A stretch of DNA of 64,000 bases from Candidatus Omnitrophota bacterium (GCA_035352955.1 DAOPYQ010000004.1:99903-163902); one strand, 5' to 3'; numbered from the stretch's first letter, positions 48,035-58,108 are shown. Numbers and translations: made by a program. The notes: generated by a model not told the origin, from the sequence alone.

Positions 48035-49329
48035 CCCCAAACGAAGAAATGCCCTCCCGGGAAAAGGATTGCCCGGCCGACAAGATCCTTAACCTCCAGA
48101 AAGTCCTCGCGCTCAATAGCATCCTGAACTCCACGCTCGATCTGAACGCCCTCCTCAAGATCATTATGGAAACGTCCGCCGAAGTCATGAACGCCAAGGT
48201 CGCTTCGCTCATGCTGATCGATGAAGCGGCCGATGAGCTGGTCTTCCGCGTCGCGCTAGGGGACAAGGGCGCCGAGCTTGAGGAAAAATTCCGGATCCAG
48301 GTCGGAGAGGGCATCGCGGGAACGGTCGCGAAAACCGGTGAACCTCTTGTGATCAACGACCCGCAGAACGACCCGCGCTTCGCCAAACGTTTTGACAACT
48401 CCACCGGATTCCGAACCGAAGCGATTCTCTGTGTCCCTCTCAAGGTCCGCGGCCGCGTCACGGGAGTCCTCCAAGCCATCAATCCTCTGAAGAAAAAAGG
48501 GTTCTGCACAAGTGATCTGGATCTTTTCGCGACGTTCGCCCACCAGGCGGCAATCGCAATCGAAAACGCGAAACTCCACACAGAGATCGTGAAACAGGAA
48601 AAAGCCAAACAAGCCCTGAAGATCGCTCACGAGATCCAGCAGAATTTCCTTCCGGACCTGAAAAACCGCTCCTACGGAGTTGATGTCTTTGCGCAAAGCC
48701 TCCCCGCGCTCGATGTCGGCGGCGATCTGTACGACGTAAGCGTTCTCGACAACGATCGCGTCAGCATCATCCTGGGGGACGTTTCCGGCAAAGGCGTTCC
48801 GGCAGCACTCTATATGGTTCGCGCCATGTCCGAGTACCGGTTCCTTGCGCCCCTTGCGAAAGATCCCGGAGAACTTCTGACCCGGTTGAACCGCAAGCTT
48901 GCGGAGGGAAGCATGTTCGGGATGTTCCTCACACTCGTCTGCCTTTTCGTCGACAAAAATACGCGTACCATCCAATACGCCTCGGCCGGCCATCCACCGA
49001 TCCTGCTGCGGAACGCGCAAACTTCGCAGACCGAATTCCTCAAAGGCGCCCAAAGCGTTCCCCTCGGCATGGTCCCGGAAACGTCTTTTTATCTGAACTC
49101 GGTGCAAGTCGGAAAAGGTGCCGCCCTTTTCCTTTACACGGACGGCGTCAGCGAAGCGCGAAGCAAGAACGGCAAGGAGTACGGCGTGGAAAGACTGAAA
49201 GCCTGCGTGAAAGCACCCGCCGCTTCGGCGCGGGAATATTCGGAAAGAATTTTTGAAGACGTCCGCCAGTTCGCGGCCGGCGCCGAGCCACACGACGACG
49301 TCACCACGCTCACCCTCGTCATCCCCTGA
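48031..49329 (+). CDS. GAF-domain PP2C-type serine phosphatase (RsbU/SpoIIE family)
   Basis: N-terminal GAF domain (residues ~30-190) and a C-terminal PPM domain with the GDVSGKG metal-binding motif and a C-terminal DD(V/I)T. Confidence 0.8.
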   Translation: MTPNEEMPSREKDCPADKILNLQKVLALNSILNSTLDLNALLKIIMETSAEVMNAKVASLMLIDEAADELVFRVALGDKGAELEEKFRIQVGEGIAGTVAKTGEPLVINDPQNDPRFAKRFDNSTGFRTEAILCVPLKVRGRVTGVLQAINPLKKKGFCTSDLDLFATFAHQAAIAIENAKLHTEIVKQEKAKQALKIAHEIQQNFLPDLKNRSYGVDVFAQSLPALDVGGDLYDVSVLDNDRVSIILGDVSGKGVPAALYMVRAMSEYRFLAPLAKDPGELLTRLNRKLAEGSMFGMFLTLVCLFVDKNTRTIQYASAGHPPILLRNAQTSQTEFLKGAQSVPLGMVPETSFYLNSVQVGKGAALFLYTDGVSEARSKNGKEYGVERLKACVKAPAASAREYSERIFEDVRQFAAGAEPHDDVTTLTLVIP

Positions 49330-49393
49330 GAAGTCCAAGATCCCAAATCCCGGAGATCCGCCACTGAAGTTCTAAAATCGAGGATTGTCAGAA

Positions 49394-49651
49394 TTACTTT
49401 GGAAAAGCCCGAGGAAGCGTAAGGGTGAATTTCGTTCCTTCCCCCAGTTTGCTCTCAACCTTGATGTCGCCCTGATGCATTTTTACCGCGCGGGCCACCA
49501 CAAGAAGGCCCAACCCGGCGCCTTCCTTTCCCTTCGTCGTGAAGAACATCTCAAAAAGACGGGCCCGGACATCTTCCGGCATGCCGGAAGCGTTGTCCTC
49601 GACGATCAGCTCATACTTTTCCTGGCTGATCATCCGCGCAGTCACCTTCAC
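49394..49651 (-). pseudogene. truncated histidine-kinase ATP-binding domain remnant (G1/G2 boxes only)
   Basis: The 85-codon ORF encodes …LIVEDNASGMPEDVRARLFEMFFTTKGKEGAGLGLLVVAR…, the HATPase_c G1 (DNxxG) and G2 (GxGLGL) boxes. An in-frame TAG lies 2 codons upstream. No N-box, H-box or sensor region is present in any frame of the 325-bp upstream spacer. Confidence 0.55.
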
Positions 49652-49871
49652 GCGCCACTACCATTCCTGCTCCTTGTGCGACGGCATGATCCTCTGCAAA
49701 GTCCCGGGTTGCAGCGAAAATTCATTATACTGCACCGAATGCGATTATCTGATGTATACGAGCCGATTAAACAACGACAGCAAAAATACAGATCTCAAAA
49801 GGAGGGCCACCAACCAGGAAAGACCGATCTAAAAAAACAACGATCCGTTCCGCGATCGCATCCCATACCCG

Positions 49872-49906
49872 CCCCGCCGTAACGCGCACGGCGGGATTGG
49901 TTTTTT
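49872..49906 (+). terminator. orphan plus-strand rho-independent terminator
   Basis: CCCGCCGT-AACGCGC-ACGGCGGG followed by ATTGGTTTTTT. No annotated plus-strand gene ends nearby. Confidence 0.45.
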
Positions 49907-49976
49907 ATGGAAATCATTCCGGGCAAGGGACAGGCAAACACTTAATACCTGCCCTTCTCTTGTCGGATAAAGCCGT

Positions 49977-50996
49977 TTAGAAAAGCTGCTTGAGATTTTC
50001 GGGAGGTTTGACGCCGAAGTGCTGGTAAGTGAGCTCGGTGATGATGCGGCCAGCGGAGGTCCGTTTCATAAAACCCCTCTGGATAAGATAAGGTTCATAA
50101 ATTTCCTCGAGCGTCTCAGCGTCTTCCCCTACGCCCACCGCAAGACTGTTAACACCGACCGGCCCGCCTTTGCATTCCTTCAGAATATATTTCAGAATGC
50201 GTTTATCCATCGGATCAAGACCTTCCAGATCCACACCGAGCATCTTGAGACCTTGGTCCGCGACATCGGCCGTGATCCTGCCATCCGCCTTGACCTGGGC
50301 ATAGTCCCGGACGCGACGGAGCAGGCGGTTCGCGATACGCGGCGTACCACGGGCACGGCCCGCGATCTCAAACGCGCCTTTTTCGTCGATCCCGATATTC
50401 AGGATCTTCGCGGAGCGCTTCACGATCGTGGCAAGGTCTTCAGCCTCGTAATAATTAAGCCTTTCGACGATACCGAAACGGGAGCGAAGAGGAGCGGTCA
50501 GAAGCCCGCTGCGCGTGGTGGCGCCGATCAGCGTAAAACGAGGGATTTGCATCTTCACCGAACGGGCATGCGGCCCCTTGTCGATCATGATCTCGATCGA
50601 GAAATCTTCCATCGCGGAATACAGGTATTCTTCGACGACATGCGGGATACGGTGGATCTCGTCAATGAACAGCATATCGCCCTTTTCGAGGTTCGTAAGG
50701 ATCCCCGCAAGATCACCGGCGCGCTCAAGCACGGGACCGGACACCTGATGGATCTTGGCGCCCATGCGGTTGGCAATGATATTAGCGAGCGTGGTCTTGC
50801 CGAGGCCCGGAGGCCCAAAGAGAAGAATATGGTCGAGCGACTCCTTCCGTCCGAGCGCGGCCTCGATGAAAACCTTGAGGTTCTCCTTCACCTGCGTCTG
50901 GCCGATAAACTCATCGAGCGTGTTCGGCCGGAGCGTGACCTCGATCTCGATTTCTTCCGGCTTATATTCCTGGTCCAAGAACCGTTCTTCCGCCAT
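49977..50996 (-). CDS. ruvB: Holliday junction branch-migration ATPase RuvB
   Basis: Walker A motif [11 protein letters not shown]; 339 aa. Confidence 0.93.
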   Translation of the reverse strand: MAEERFLDQEYKPEEIEIEVTLRPNTLDEFIGQTQVKENLKVFIEAALGRKESLDHILLFGPPGLGKTTLANIIANRMGAKIHQVSGPVLERAGDLAGILTNLEKGDMLFIDEIHRIPHVVEEYLYSAMEDFSIEIMIDKGPHARSVKMQIPRFTLIGATTRSGLLTAPLRSRFGIVERLNYYEAEDLATIVKRSAKILNIGIDEKGAFEIAGRARGTPRIANRLLRRVRDYAQVKADGRITADVADQGLKMLGVDLEGLDPMDKRILKYILKECKGGPVGVNSLAVGVGEDAETLEEIYEPYLIQRGFMKRTSAGRIITELTYQHFGVKPPENLKQLF

Positions 50997-51238
50997 CAGA
51001 CTCCCCTACTTTTATCGCCGAGAAGCTCCCTTGCCGCTTCAGCGTCTTCTTTGCGAACCCATATTTGATTGCCTTTTGTAAAAGTAAACCCTTCCTGCGA
51101 AGGATCGGCAGCCGGGGTCAATATCGCTCTAATCCCGCCGCTTTCCAAAAGTCCCTTGGCAATCTCCGCTTCTTGCTCGCTCAGGAACACTTTAACGCAA
51201 ATCAACTCGGTATCATCTTGAAACCTGTCGTCTGTCAT
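50996..51238 (-). CDS. small DUF2007-like protein
   Basis: 80 aa from ATG 51238. Resemblance to DUF2007 is weak ([11 protein letters not shown]). Confidence 0.35.
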   Translation of the reverse strand: MTDDRFQDDTELICVKVFLSEQEAEIAKGLLESGGIRAILTPAADPSQEGFTFTKGNQIWVRKEDAEAARELLGDKSRGV

Positions 51239-51297
51239 AATTAGCGGTCCACGGGCCAAGGGCCACGTGGTGCGTGGGTCGTGGTACGTGGCCCGAA

Positions 51298-51900
51298 TTA
51301 TACGTGCTTCAACGCCGCGCGGATGATCTCTTCCACCGACGGCTTCTTGCCCAGCAACGATTTCAGCGACTTCTGCACGGCCGCTTTGGCCTTCTGTTTT
51401 GTATAACCCAGCGCCACGAGCGCCAAAACCGAATCCTCAACCATTTGGTCGGAAACGCTCTGCTCATGCGCGATCTCTTTGCCGGCCGGGATATCGGCCT
51501 TGCCGATCTTGTCCTTGAGCTCGATCACGACGCGCTCTGCCGTCTTCTGTCCGATCCCAGAAATGGCGGTCAGCACGGGGATATTATGCTCCTGGATCGC
51601 CCGCTTAAGTTCCGGAAGGGTCACACCGGAAAGCAGCGTGATCGCAAGCTTCGGACCGATCCCGGAGATCGAAATAAGCAACCGGAAAACCTCGCGTTCT
51701 TCCTCGGTTGCGAATCCGTAAAGAAGCTGCGCATCCTCCCGAACGACGAAATGCGTAAAAAGCTTGGCCGGCTGCCCGAGACCCGGAAGGCTCGAAAACG
51801 TCGAAAGCGATACGCGCACCTCGTAGCCGATCCCGTTCACGTCCAGGATCACCGCCACCGGCGTCTTTTCCGCGATTTTTCCGTTCAAGTAGTGATACAT
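51298..51900 (-). CDS. ruvA: Holliday junction DNA helicase RuvA
   Basis: The N-terminal YLNGKIAEK…GYEV OB fold and tandem HhH (ISGIGPKLA, ISGIGQKTAERV). Confidence 0.9.
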   Translation of the reverse strand: MYHYLNGKIAEKTPVAVILDVNGIGYEVRVSLSTFSSLPGLGQPAKLFTHFVVREDAQLLYGFATEEEREVFRLLISISGIGPKLAITLLSGVTLPELKRAIQEHNIPVLTAISGIGQKTAERVVIELKDKIGKADIPAGKEIAHEQSVSDQMVEDSVLALVALGYTKQKAKAAVQKSLKSLLGKKPSVEEIIRAALKHV

Positions 51901-51924
51901 ACCCGGTCCCGTTTTTTTGAACTT

Positions 51925-52344
51925 TTATTCTATATGAGGAAAGAACGAAAAAGCCAAAACATACATTTTCCCTCCGGAGGACGCCATACTGACACGCGCC
52001 GCTGCCAGGCTCTTTTCGAATTTTATCTTAAATTCGAACGTCAGGCAAAAATAACCGCCGGAAAAGAATTTGCTGATGAGGAACGTTTCGAAGCTCTCCG
52101 CCTTCCCAAGGTCCGGATAAGCCTGCGCGATGAACTTTTCGAGCTCCTCCGGCGTGATCTTCTCTTTCGTTGAGGGATGGTTCATAGCATAGAGCTCGGC
52201 CGCATCCCTCTTCAGAAAACAATCCACGGCTTGATTCGCTCCGGCCATGGCCTTCAGATAAAAATTCCCGGCCCAAAAAGCGCCCACTCCCAAAAGAACC
52301 AACCCAAGCACCACCGCAAAACCGGCAGCCTGTCTTCGGGTCAT
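51925..52344 (-). CDS. membrane-anchored hypothetical protein inserted between ruvC and ruvA
   Basis: 139 aa with an N-terminal TM/signal segment and no motifs. Confidence 0.45.
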   Translation of the reverse strand: MTRRQAAGFAVVLGLVLLGVGAFWAGNFYLKAMAGANQAVDCFLKRDAAELYAMNHPSTKEKITPEELEKFIAQAYPDLGKAESFETFLISKFFSGGYFCLTFEFKIKFEKSLAAARVSMASSGGKMYVLAFSFFPHIE

Positions 52345-52823
52345 TTCAAAATGTTCCGCTTGGCGTTATGCAAATGACACATCGCGATGGCGAGGGCGTC
52401 GGAGGCATCCAGCGCCGGAGCTTCTTTCAGGTTGAGAAGCCGCTTCACCATGAATTGCACCTGCTCCTTCGACGCGCGACCGTTGCCCGTGACAGACTGC
52501 TTGACCGCCGTCGGAGCGTATTCTACCACCTCGATCCCTTCTTTAGAAGCTGCGAGCATGGCGCAAGCGCGCGCCTCCCCGATCCGCTCGACCGCACGGA
52601 TATCCTTGGCAAAAAAAAGCGTCTCGAGAGCGAGCACGTCCGGCTTATAGCTCTGGATATTTTTCTGGAGGGATTCAAAAACATGGAGAAGACGCTTGGC
52701 AATGGGATCCTTGGAGGCGGCACGGATCGTGCCGCAGATCACCAATTTGTAGTCGCGACCCGAAGTTTCGAGGATCCCGAACCCTGTCCGGTGCGTGCCG
52801 GGGTCAATCCCGAGGACTCTCAT
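52341..52823 (-). CDS. ruvC: crossover junction endodeoxyribonuclease RuvC
   Basis: N-terminal MRVLGIDPGT with the catalytic Asp; 160 aa. Confidence 0.9.
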   Translation of the reverse strand: MRVLGIDPGTHRTGFGILETSGRDYKLVICGTIRAASKDPIAKRLLHVFESLQKNIQSYKPDVLALETLFFAKDIRAVERIGEARACAMLAASKEGIEVVEYAPTAVKQSVTGNGRASKEQVQFMVKRLLNLKEAPALDASDALAIAMCHLHNAKRNILK

Positions 52824-52881
52824 ATTCCCCCGGGCATCAATACCGCTTCACGAACCCGGTTCGTGAAAGGGCGGGAAGACA

Positions 52882-53631
52882 TTAGGCGGACAGCTCTTTC
52901 ATCACTTCTTCCGGAATGTCCGCGTTCGAATAAACATTTTGAACGTCGTCGTGCTCCTCAAGCGCCTCGATCAGCTTGATCATCGTGCGACCCGTATTCG
53001 CCGACACCGCCAGAAGATTTTTCGGGATCATTGTAAGCGTCGCGCTTTCGATCTTGATCTTGGCCTTTTCAATCGCTTCGCGGACCGCCCAGAGGTCCTG
53101 CGGCGCGGTCGTCACCTCGAACATCGTGTCGGTCGAAGTCATGTCCTCGGCCCCGGCCCCAAGCGCAATTTCCATCAGCTGGTCCTCGGTCGTGGAAGTC
53201 TTGGCGATCACGACAAAACCTTTCTTTTCAAACATCCAGGCCACCGTGCCCGCGCCGCCCATGTTCCCGCCGTTCTTATTGAAAACGCTGCGGATCTCGG
53301 ACGCCGAGCGGTTCTTATTGTCCGTCAGGCACGCGACAAGCACCGCCGCGCCTTCCGGGCCGAACCCTTCGTAAGTCACTTCCTCGTACGTCACGCCTTC
53401 GAGTTCGCCCGTGCCTTTTTTAATGGCGCGTTCGATATTGTCCGCTGGCATGTTGGCATCCTTGCCCGTCTGGATGGCGGTACGGAGCCTCGGGTTGGTC
53501 GCAGGATCGCCGCCGCCCGTTTTCGCGGCGACGGTGATCTCACGGATAACCTTGGTGAAGGCCTGACCGCGTTTCGCGTCAACCAGCGCTTTTTTGTGTT
53601 TGATACTCGCCCACTTTGAATGTCCGGACAT
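52882..53631 (-). CDS. yebC: YebC/PmpR-family transcriptional regulator
   Basis: N-terminal MSGHSKWASIKHKK is diagnostic. Confidence 0.9.
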   Translation of the reverse strand: MSGHSKWASIKHKKALVDAKRGQAFTKVIREITVAAKTGGGDPATNPRLRTAIQTGKDANMPADNIERAIKKGTGELEGVTYEEVTYEGFGPEGAAVLVACLTDNKNRSASEIRSVFNKNGGNMGGAGTVAWMFEKKGFVVIAKTSTTEDQLMEIALGAGAEDMTSTDTMFEVTTAPQDLWAVREAIEKAKIKIESATLTMIPKNLLAVSANTGRTMIKLIEALEEHDDVQNVYSNADIPEEVMKELSA

Positions 53632-53708
53632 GTGTTATTCTCCCGTTACGTCTTAATTAAGGTTCCGAATCCCTGATTAAAAATTCAATACCTCTCCAAA
53701 TTTCAGGC

Positions 53709-54554
53709 TCAAACCGCCGGCTTGAGCTTTTTGATCGCTTCCGTCGTGCGGATCACATCCCGCATCGCCTTCACTTCGTGGACCCGGACGATCTGGATCC
53801 CCTTCTCCACCGCCATCGCAACACAGGCCGCAGTCCCAAACTCCCTCTCGTGGACCTCGCGCCCGGTCACATGCCCGATAAACGATTTTCGTGACGGCCC
53901 GAGCATGACGGGAAATCCCATCTCCTGAAAAACCTTCAAATTCCTGAGGATCTCAAAATTCTGGTCCGGGGTCTTCGCAAAACCGAGGCCCGGATCGATG
54001 ACGATCTGTTCCGTCGCGACGCCTCCTTTGAGCGCGATATGCACGCTTTCCGTCAGCTCGGTCACAACATCCAACGCGACATTCTTGTAATCCGACAACG
54101 TTTGCATCGTCTCCGGCGTGCCGCGGCTATGCATCAGTACAAGCCCCGCGCCAAACTTCTTGACCACCTTCGCCATCTCGATGCCGGACCGCTTCAACCC
54201 GCTCACATCATTGATAATGTCGGCACCGGCCTCGAGACATTTCTTCGCGACTTCCGGCTTCGTCGTATCGATCGAGATCGGAACGCGGTGCTCTTTATGA
54301 AGAAGCTGAACGACCGGGAGCAACCGCTCGAGTTCTTCCTTTGCCGTCACGGGTTGGGCGCCCGGCCGGGTCGATTCGCCACCCAGATCCAGGACGTCCG
54401 CGCCTTCCTCGATCATCTCCATCGCCCGGCCATACGCCGCTTCCGGATCGAGGTCTTTGCCACCATCGGAAAAAGAATCCGGCGTAACATTCAGCACCCC
54501 CATCAGGATGGTGCGGTCGAACGAAACGGTGTTCCTTCGGATCTGCCAGATCAC
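53709..54554 (-). CDS. folP: dihydropteroate synthase
   Basis: Pterin-binding motifs GVLNVTPDSFSDGG and DLGGESTRPG. Confidence 0.9.
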   Translation of the reverse strand: MIWQIRRNTVSFDRTILMGVLNVTPDSFSDGGKDLDPEAAYGRAMEMIEEGADVLDLGGESTRPGAQPVTAKEELERLLPVVQLLHKEHRVPISIDTTKPEVAKKCLEAGADIINDVSGLKRSGIEMAKVVKKFGAGLVLMHSRGTPETMQTLSDYKNVALDVVTELTESVHIALKGGVATEQIVIDPGLGFAKTPDQNFEILRNLKVFQEMGFPVMLGPSRKSFIGHVTGREVHEREFGTAACVAMAVEKGIQIVRVHEVKAMRDVIRTTEAIKKLKPAV

Positions 54555-56497
54555 GCGATAGGCTTTCCGCCCTGCACAGGTTCACCGCCACTCACCGGCG
54601 GAAGAGCATTGGCAAGGCCTGTGACATTTTTGATCTCTTCGGCATCCAATGTTTCTTTTTCCAGCAACAATTTGGCCAACGCCTCGAGTTTGTCCCGGTG
54701 TTCCGTCAGGACCTTTTTCGAGTGTTCGTAGCCTTCCTGGAGAATCCGCTTCACCTCGCCGTCGATCAGGCGCGCGGTGCCCTCAGAATAATTTTTTTCA
54801 TCCATAAGATCGCGGCCCAGGAAAACCATGCCGCCTTCTTTGCCGAAAACGATCGGGCCGATCTTATCGCTCATCCCGAAACGGCAAACCATCTCACGGG
54901 CGATCTGCGTCGCTTTCTGGAGATCGTTATGCGCGCCGGTCGTAATATCGTTAAAAACGAGCTCCTCGGCAACCCGCCCGCCCATCAGCACGGGGATCTC
55001 GGTCATAAAGAAGGTCCGGCTGTGCAGCGTACGGTCCTCTTCCGGAAGACTCACGGTATAGCCGCCGGCCAATCCCCGGGGGATGATCGTCACTTTGTGA
55101 ACGGGATCGGCTCCGGGCGTCAGAAGCGCCACAAGCGCATGCCCGGACTCGTGATACGCCACGATCTTCCGTTCCTTATCCGAAACTTTTTTACTCTTGC
55201 GCTGCGGTCCGGCCATGACCCGCTCGATGGATTCTTGAAGTTCGGTCATCCCGACGGTTTCTTTATTAAGCCGCGCCGCAAGAAGCGCCGCCTCGTTGAC
55301 AAGGTTCGCGAGATCCGCACCTGAGAAATAAGTCGTCTGCTTCGCGATCGTTTTAAAATCGACCACGGGATCCAGCTTCACTTTGATGGCATGGACCTTC
55401 AGGATCGCCTCACGGCCGATAAGGTCCGGAAGCGGCACGACCACCTGGCGGTCAAAACGGCCCGGACGAAGCAGCGCGGGATCGAGAACATCCGGTCGGT
55501 TCGTTGAGGCGATCAGGATCACGCCCGCATGCGTGTCAAATCCGTCCATTTCCACGAGAAGCGCGTTCAGCGTCTGCTCGCGCTCGTCATGCCCGCCGCC
55601 GATCCCTGCGAAACGCTGGCGGCCGACCGCATCAATCTCATCGATGAATATGATCGCGCCTTTGCCGCCGGCCTTGGCCGCCCGCTTGGCCTGTTCAAAA
55701 AGATCACGCACACGCGCCGCGCCGACGCCCACGAACATTTCCACGAAATCCGAACCGCTGATCGAAAAAAACGGCACGTCGGCCTCGCCGGCCACGGCCT
55801 TCGCGAGAAGCGTTTTCCCCGTTCCCGGGGGCCCCATCAAAAGCACTCCTTTGGGAATGCGCCCGCCTAGTTTCGTGAATCGCGCGGGTTCCTTCAAAAA
55901 TTCGATGATCTCCTGCAACTCTTCTTTGGCCTCTTCCACTCCGGCCACGTCCTTGAACGTGATACGGCTCTTTTCCTTGTCGTTGAGCTTCGCGCGCGAT
56001 TTCCCGAACGAAAAGACCTTGCTGCCGCCCTGCTGGACGCCCCGGTATACAAAGAACCAGAAGAAGGCGATCAGAAGAAGCGTAGGGATGATCCCGGAAA
56101 ACAGGTTACGCCAAAAGGTTTGCGGCGGATTGATCGAAAAATTCGCGACGTTCTTGCGGATCAGCGGGATCAGGTCGGGATCGTTGAGGGGAACATGGAC
56201 CTGGAAGTACGAACCCGTGATCATTTTCCCCTGGATCACATCCTCCACCATCTCGCAGGAAAGGATCTCGCCGGTCTCGGTATTGCGCGTAAGCATCCGG
56301 TAGAACTCTGAATAGCTCATCGCCTTTAGCTCGAACCCCGGGAACACGAACAGCTGGAGGAGAATAAAGATAGAGAGCGGGATAAGAAAAAGCAGGATCA
56401 ACCGCCGGCGGTCCGGCTCCTGGTTCGGGATCTTTTTGGGGACTTTGCGTCCATTCCTGGGAGGCGCGTTCTTCTTAAAATTACCGTTTGGACTCAT
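54551..56497 (-). CDS. ftsH: ATP-dependent zinc metalloprotease FtsH
   Basis: Two N-terminal TM segments, an AAA Walker A GPPGTGKT, a second region of homology, and the zinc motif HESGH. Confidence 0.93.
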   Translation of the reverse strand: MSPNGNFKKNAPPRNGRKVPKKIPNQEPDRRRLILLFLIPLSIFILLQLFVFPGFELKAMSYSEFYRMLTRNTETGEILSCEMVEDVIQGKMITGSYFQVHVPLNDPDLIPLIRKNVANFSINPPQTFWRNLFSGIIPTLLLIAFFWFFVYRGVQQGGSKVFSFGKSRAKLNDKEKSRITFKDVAGVEEAKEELQEIIEFLKEPARFTKLGGRIPKGVLLMGPPGTGKTLLAKAVAGEADVPFFSISGSDFVEMFVGVGAARVRDLFEQAKRAAKAGGKGAIIFIDEIDAVGRQRFAGIGGGHDEREQTLNALLVEMDGFDTHAGVILIASTNRPDVLDPALLRPGRFDRQVVVPLPDLIGREAILKVHAIKVKLDPVVDFKTIAKQTTYFSGADLANLVNEAALLAARLNKETVGMTELQESIERVMAGPQRKSKKVSDKERKIVAYHESGHALVALLTPGADPVHKVTIIPRGLAGGYTVSLPEEDRTLHSRTFFMTEIPVLMGGRVAEELVFNDITTGAHNDLQKATQIAREMVCRFGMSDKIGPIVFGKEGGMVFLGRDLMDEKNYSEGTARLIDGEVKRILQEGYEHSKKVLTEHRDKLEALAKLLLEKETLDAEEIKNVTGLANALPPVSGGEPVQGGKPIA

Positions 56498-56621
56498 GGC
56501 ATCCTGCTTGTTATGTTTGGTCGAAGTCGAAGGAGGCGTAGTCTAGCATGGGCTATAGAAGATATCAAATCTCATTGCTCGGCCTGGCTGGAGGAATAGT
56601 GGCTGGCCGGCAAAAGCGCTA

Positions 56622-56656
56622 CCCCCTTCGGAGACCCGGTCTCCGAAGGGGGTTTT
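56622..56656. terminator. strong palindromic hairpin (bidirectional terminator candidate)
   Basis: CCCCCTTCGGAGAC-CCG-GTCTCCGAAGGGGG, followed by TTTT on the plus strand and by TAGCGCTTTTGCC on the minus strand. Confidence 0.5.
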
Positions 56657-56704
56657 GCCCCAGAAACCCGGGGAAACAACTTTGAAGCAGCTCTCTACCG
56701 CAAA

Positions 56705-56950
56705 CTACTCTGCCTGAGTCCGCTGAATCCTTTTTCGGATCATTTCCTGGATTTTAGGAGGAAGGTTCTCGAAATTCGGAGGAAGCAACGGCCGTTTCAA
56801 AGAAGCGTCTCCCTGAGTGGAAACGATCCTCCGAGAAACGTTACGTTTGGACTTTCCGGAAAAATGCGGCAAAAGCAGAAAAACCAACACGCCGGTAAGA
56901 ATGATTAAAACGATCAATTTCACCAGAGGAAACTTTTCTTGCTCGCTCAT
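56705..56950 (-). CDS. small single-pass membrane protein
   Basis: 81 aa with a TM segment LVKLIVLIILTGVLVFLLL and a basic C-terminus. Immediately downstream of the pilin pair. Confidence 0.4.
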   Translation of the reverse strand: MSEQEKFPLVKLIVLIILTGVLVFLLLPHFSGKSKRNVSRRIVSTQGDASLKRPLLPPNFENLPPKIQEMIRKRIQRTQAE

Positions 56951-56970
56951 AATCGTTGCTCCTTATTTGA

Positions 56971-57450
56971 TTATTTGATTTTACAAGGGTTCACATCATC
57001 AGTGCCGGTGACGTTCGGCCCATCACAAGACCATTGCATCGAATCACCGTCGACAAAGTAAAACAACCAATTGCAATAAACAGGATCATCATCTTGAGCA
57101 TAAATTTGAAACCCTGAATCCCAGCCCCAGTATTCGTAACTCCAATGCGAAGATTTCGGAGCTTGCAAACCCAGCCCATCCCATCCTTCGCTGGTGTCTC
57201 CTCCCCAGCTAGAGGGACTGGAGTAAATATATCCGCCGTTAGGCGCAGGATATGCACCGCTCACACTCCCTCCGCGTTCTGCGGCTCTTTTTATTGCACC
57301 AACCATTTGAAGCCCCTCGGCAACTCGAGCTCTTTGTGTCTGCGCGGTCATCCGGGGAAGGATCAGGGACGCAAGAATCGCGATGATCACCACGACGATC
57401 AAGACTTCGATCAGCGTGAAACCTTTAGAACTCCGCTTAAGAGCGATCAT
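56971..57450 (-). CDS. type IV pilin / pseudopilin
   Basis: N-terminal KGFTLIEVLIVVVIIAILASLILP. Confidence 0.8.
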   Translation of the reverse strand: MIALKRSSKGFTLIEVLIVVVIIAILASLILPRMTAQTQRARVAEGLQMVGAIKRAAERGGSVSGAYPAPNGGYIYSSPSSWGGDTSEGWDGLGLQAPKSSHWSYEYWGWDSGFQIYAQDDDPVYCNWLFYFVDGDSMQWSCDGPNVTGTDDVNPCKIK

Positions 57451-57498
57451 GATTGTCTCCCTACTTTATGGTGCATGGCTTGGAAGAATCCCCATCAT

Positions 57499-57972
57499 TT
57501 ATTTCAAGGTACAAGGATCGAGCGCGGGCTCACCATCGCCACTGTTCGTGAAAATTCCAGAGCAGGTCCATCCTTGCCGGCCGCCATAGTACATGGCATC
57601 GCCTTTTCCGTTGGCAATCGATATTTCATAATCGGTGGCACTTCCCGAGTAAAAATAAGACCAAGATTTTGAACTCTCTAACCCTCGGAGCCCCAGTTCC
57701 GACCAATTCGGCAGATATGCTGCCCCCCAAACCCCCATGGGATCCGAGGCGATCTCACCGCTAGGGATCGCATAACTTCCCGTCAGATCGAACTGCCTCT
57801 CCGCTGCCCGTTTGATGGCACCGCTCATCTGGAATGCTTCGGCCGCCTGCGCCTTCCCTACTTGTGACGTCATCCGGGGAAGGATCAGGGACGCAAGAAT
57901 AGCGATGATCACCACAACGATCAATACTTCGATCAACGTAAAACCTTTAATGCTCCGCTTGAGAACCGTCAT
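57499..57972 (-). CDS. type IV pilin / pseudopilin, paralog of 56971-57450
   Basis: N-terminal MTVLKRSIKGFTLIEVLIVVVIIAILASLILPRMT. The first 60 aa are >80% identical to the neighbour. Confidence 0.8.
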   Translation of the reverse strand: MTVLKRSIKGFTLIEVLIVVVIIAILASLILPRMTSQVGKAQAAEAFQMSGAIKRAAERQFDLTGSYAIPSGEIASDPMGVWGAAYLPNWSELGLRGLESSKSWSYFYSGSATDYEISIANGKGDAMYYGGRQGWTCSGIFTNSGDGEPALDPCTLK

Positions 57973-58108
57973 CGTCCTCTCCCTATATTAGGCTACACGC
58001 CTTCGAATAACCGTCGCCGTTCGTTGTGTCCGGACCGTTGCAGCTCAAGAATTCGGTATTATCACACTCAAAAACGATATCGGCTCTTGCCTGAAATTCC
58101 TGTAAAAA

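Noticed and set aside
49385-49882. 165-aa plus-strand ORF over the HK remnant region
   Set aside because: It is an antisense frame of the recognisable HATPase_c remnant with no motif content. Only the short Cys-rich sub-ORF downstream of the remnant (49686-49832) is kept as a low-confidence finding.
51259-51300. GC-rich CACGTG-containing palindrome between ruvA and the DUF2007-like gene (GGCCACGTGGTGCGTGGGTCGTGGTACGTGGCC)
   Set aside because: A short imperfect inverted repeat in a 38-bp spacer. It could be an attenuator, but it is not distinguishable from chance in 58%-GC DNA and not repeated elsewhere in the window.
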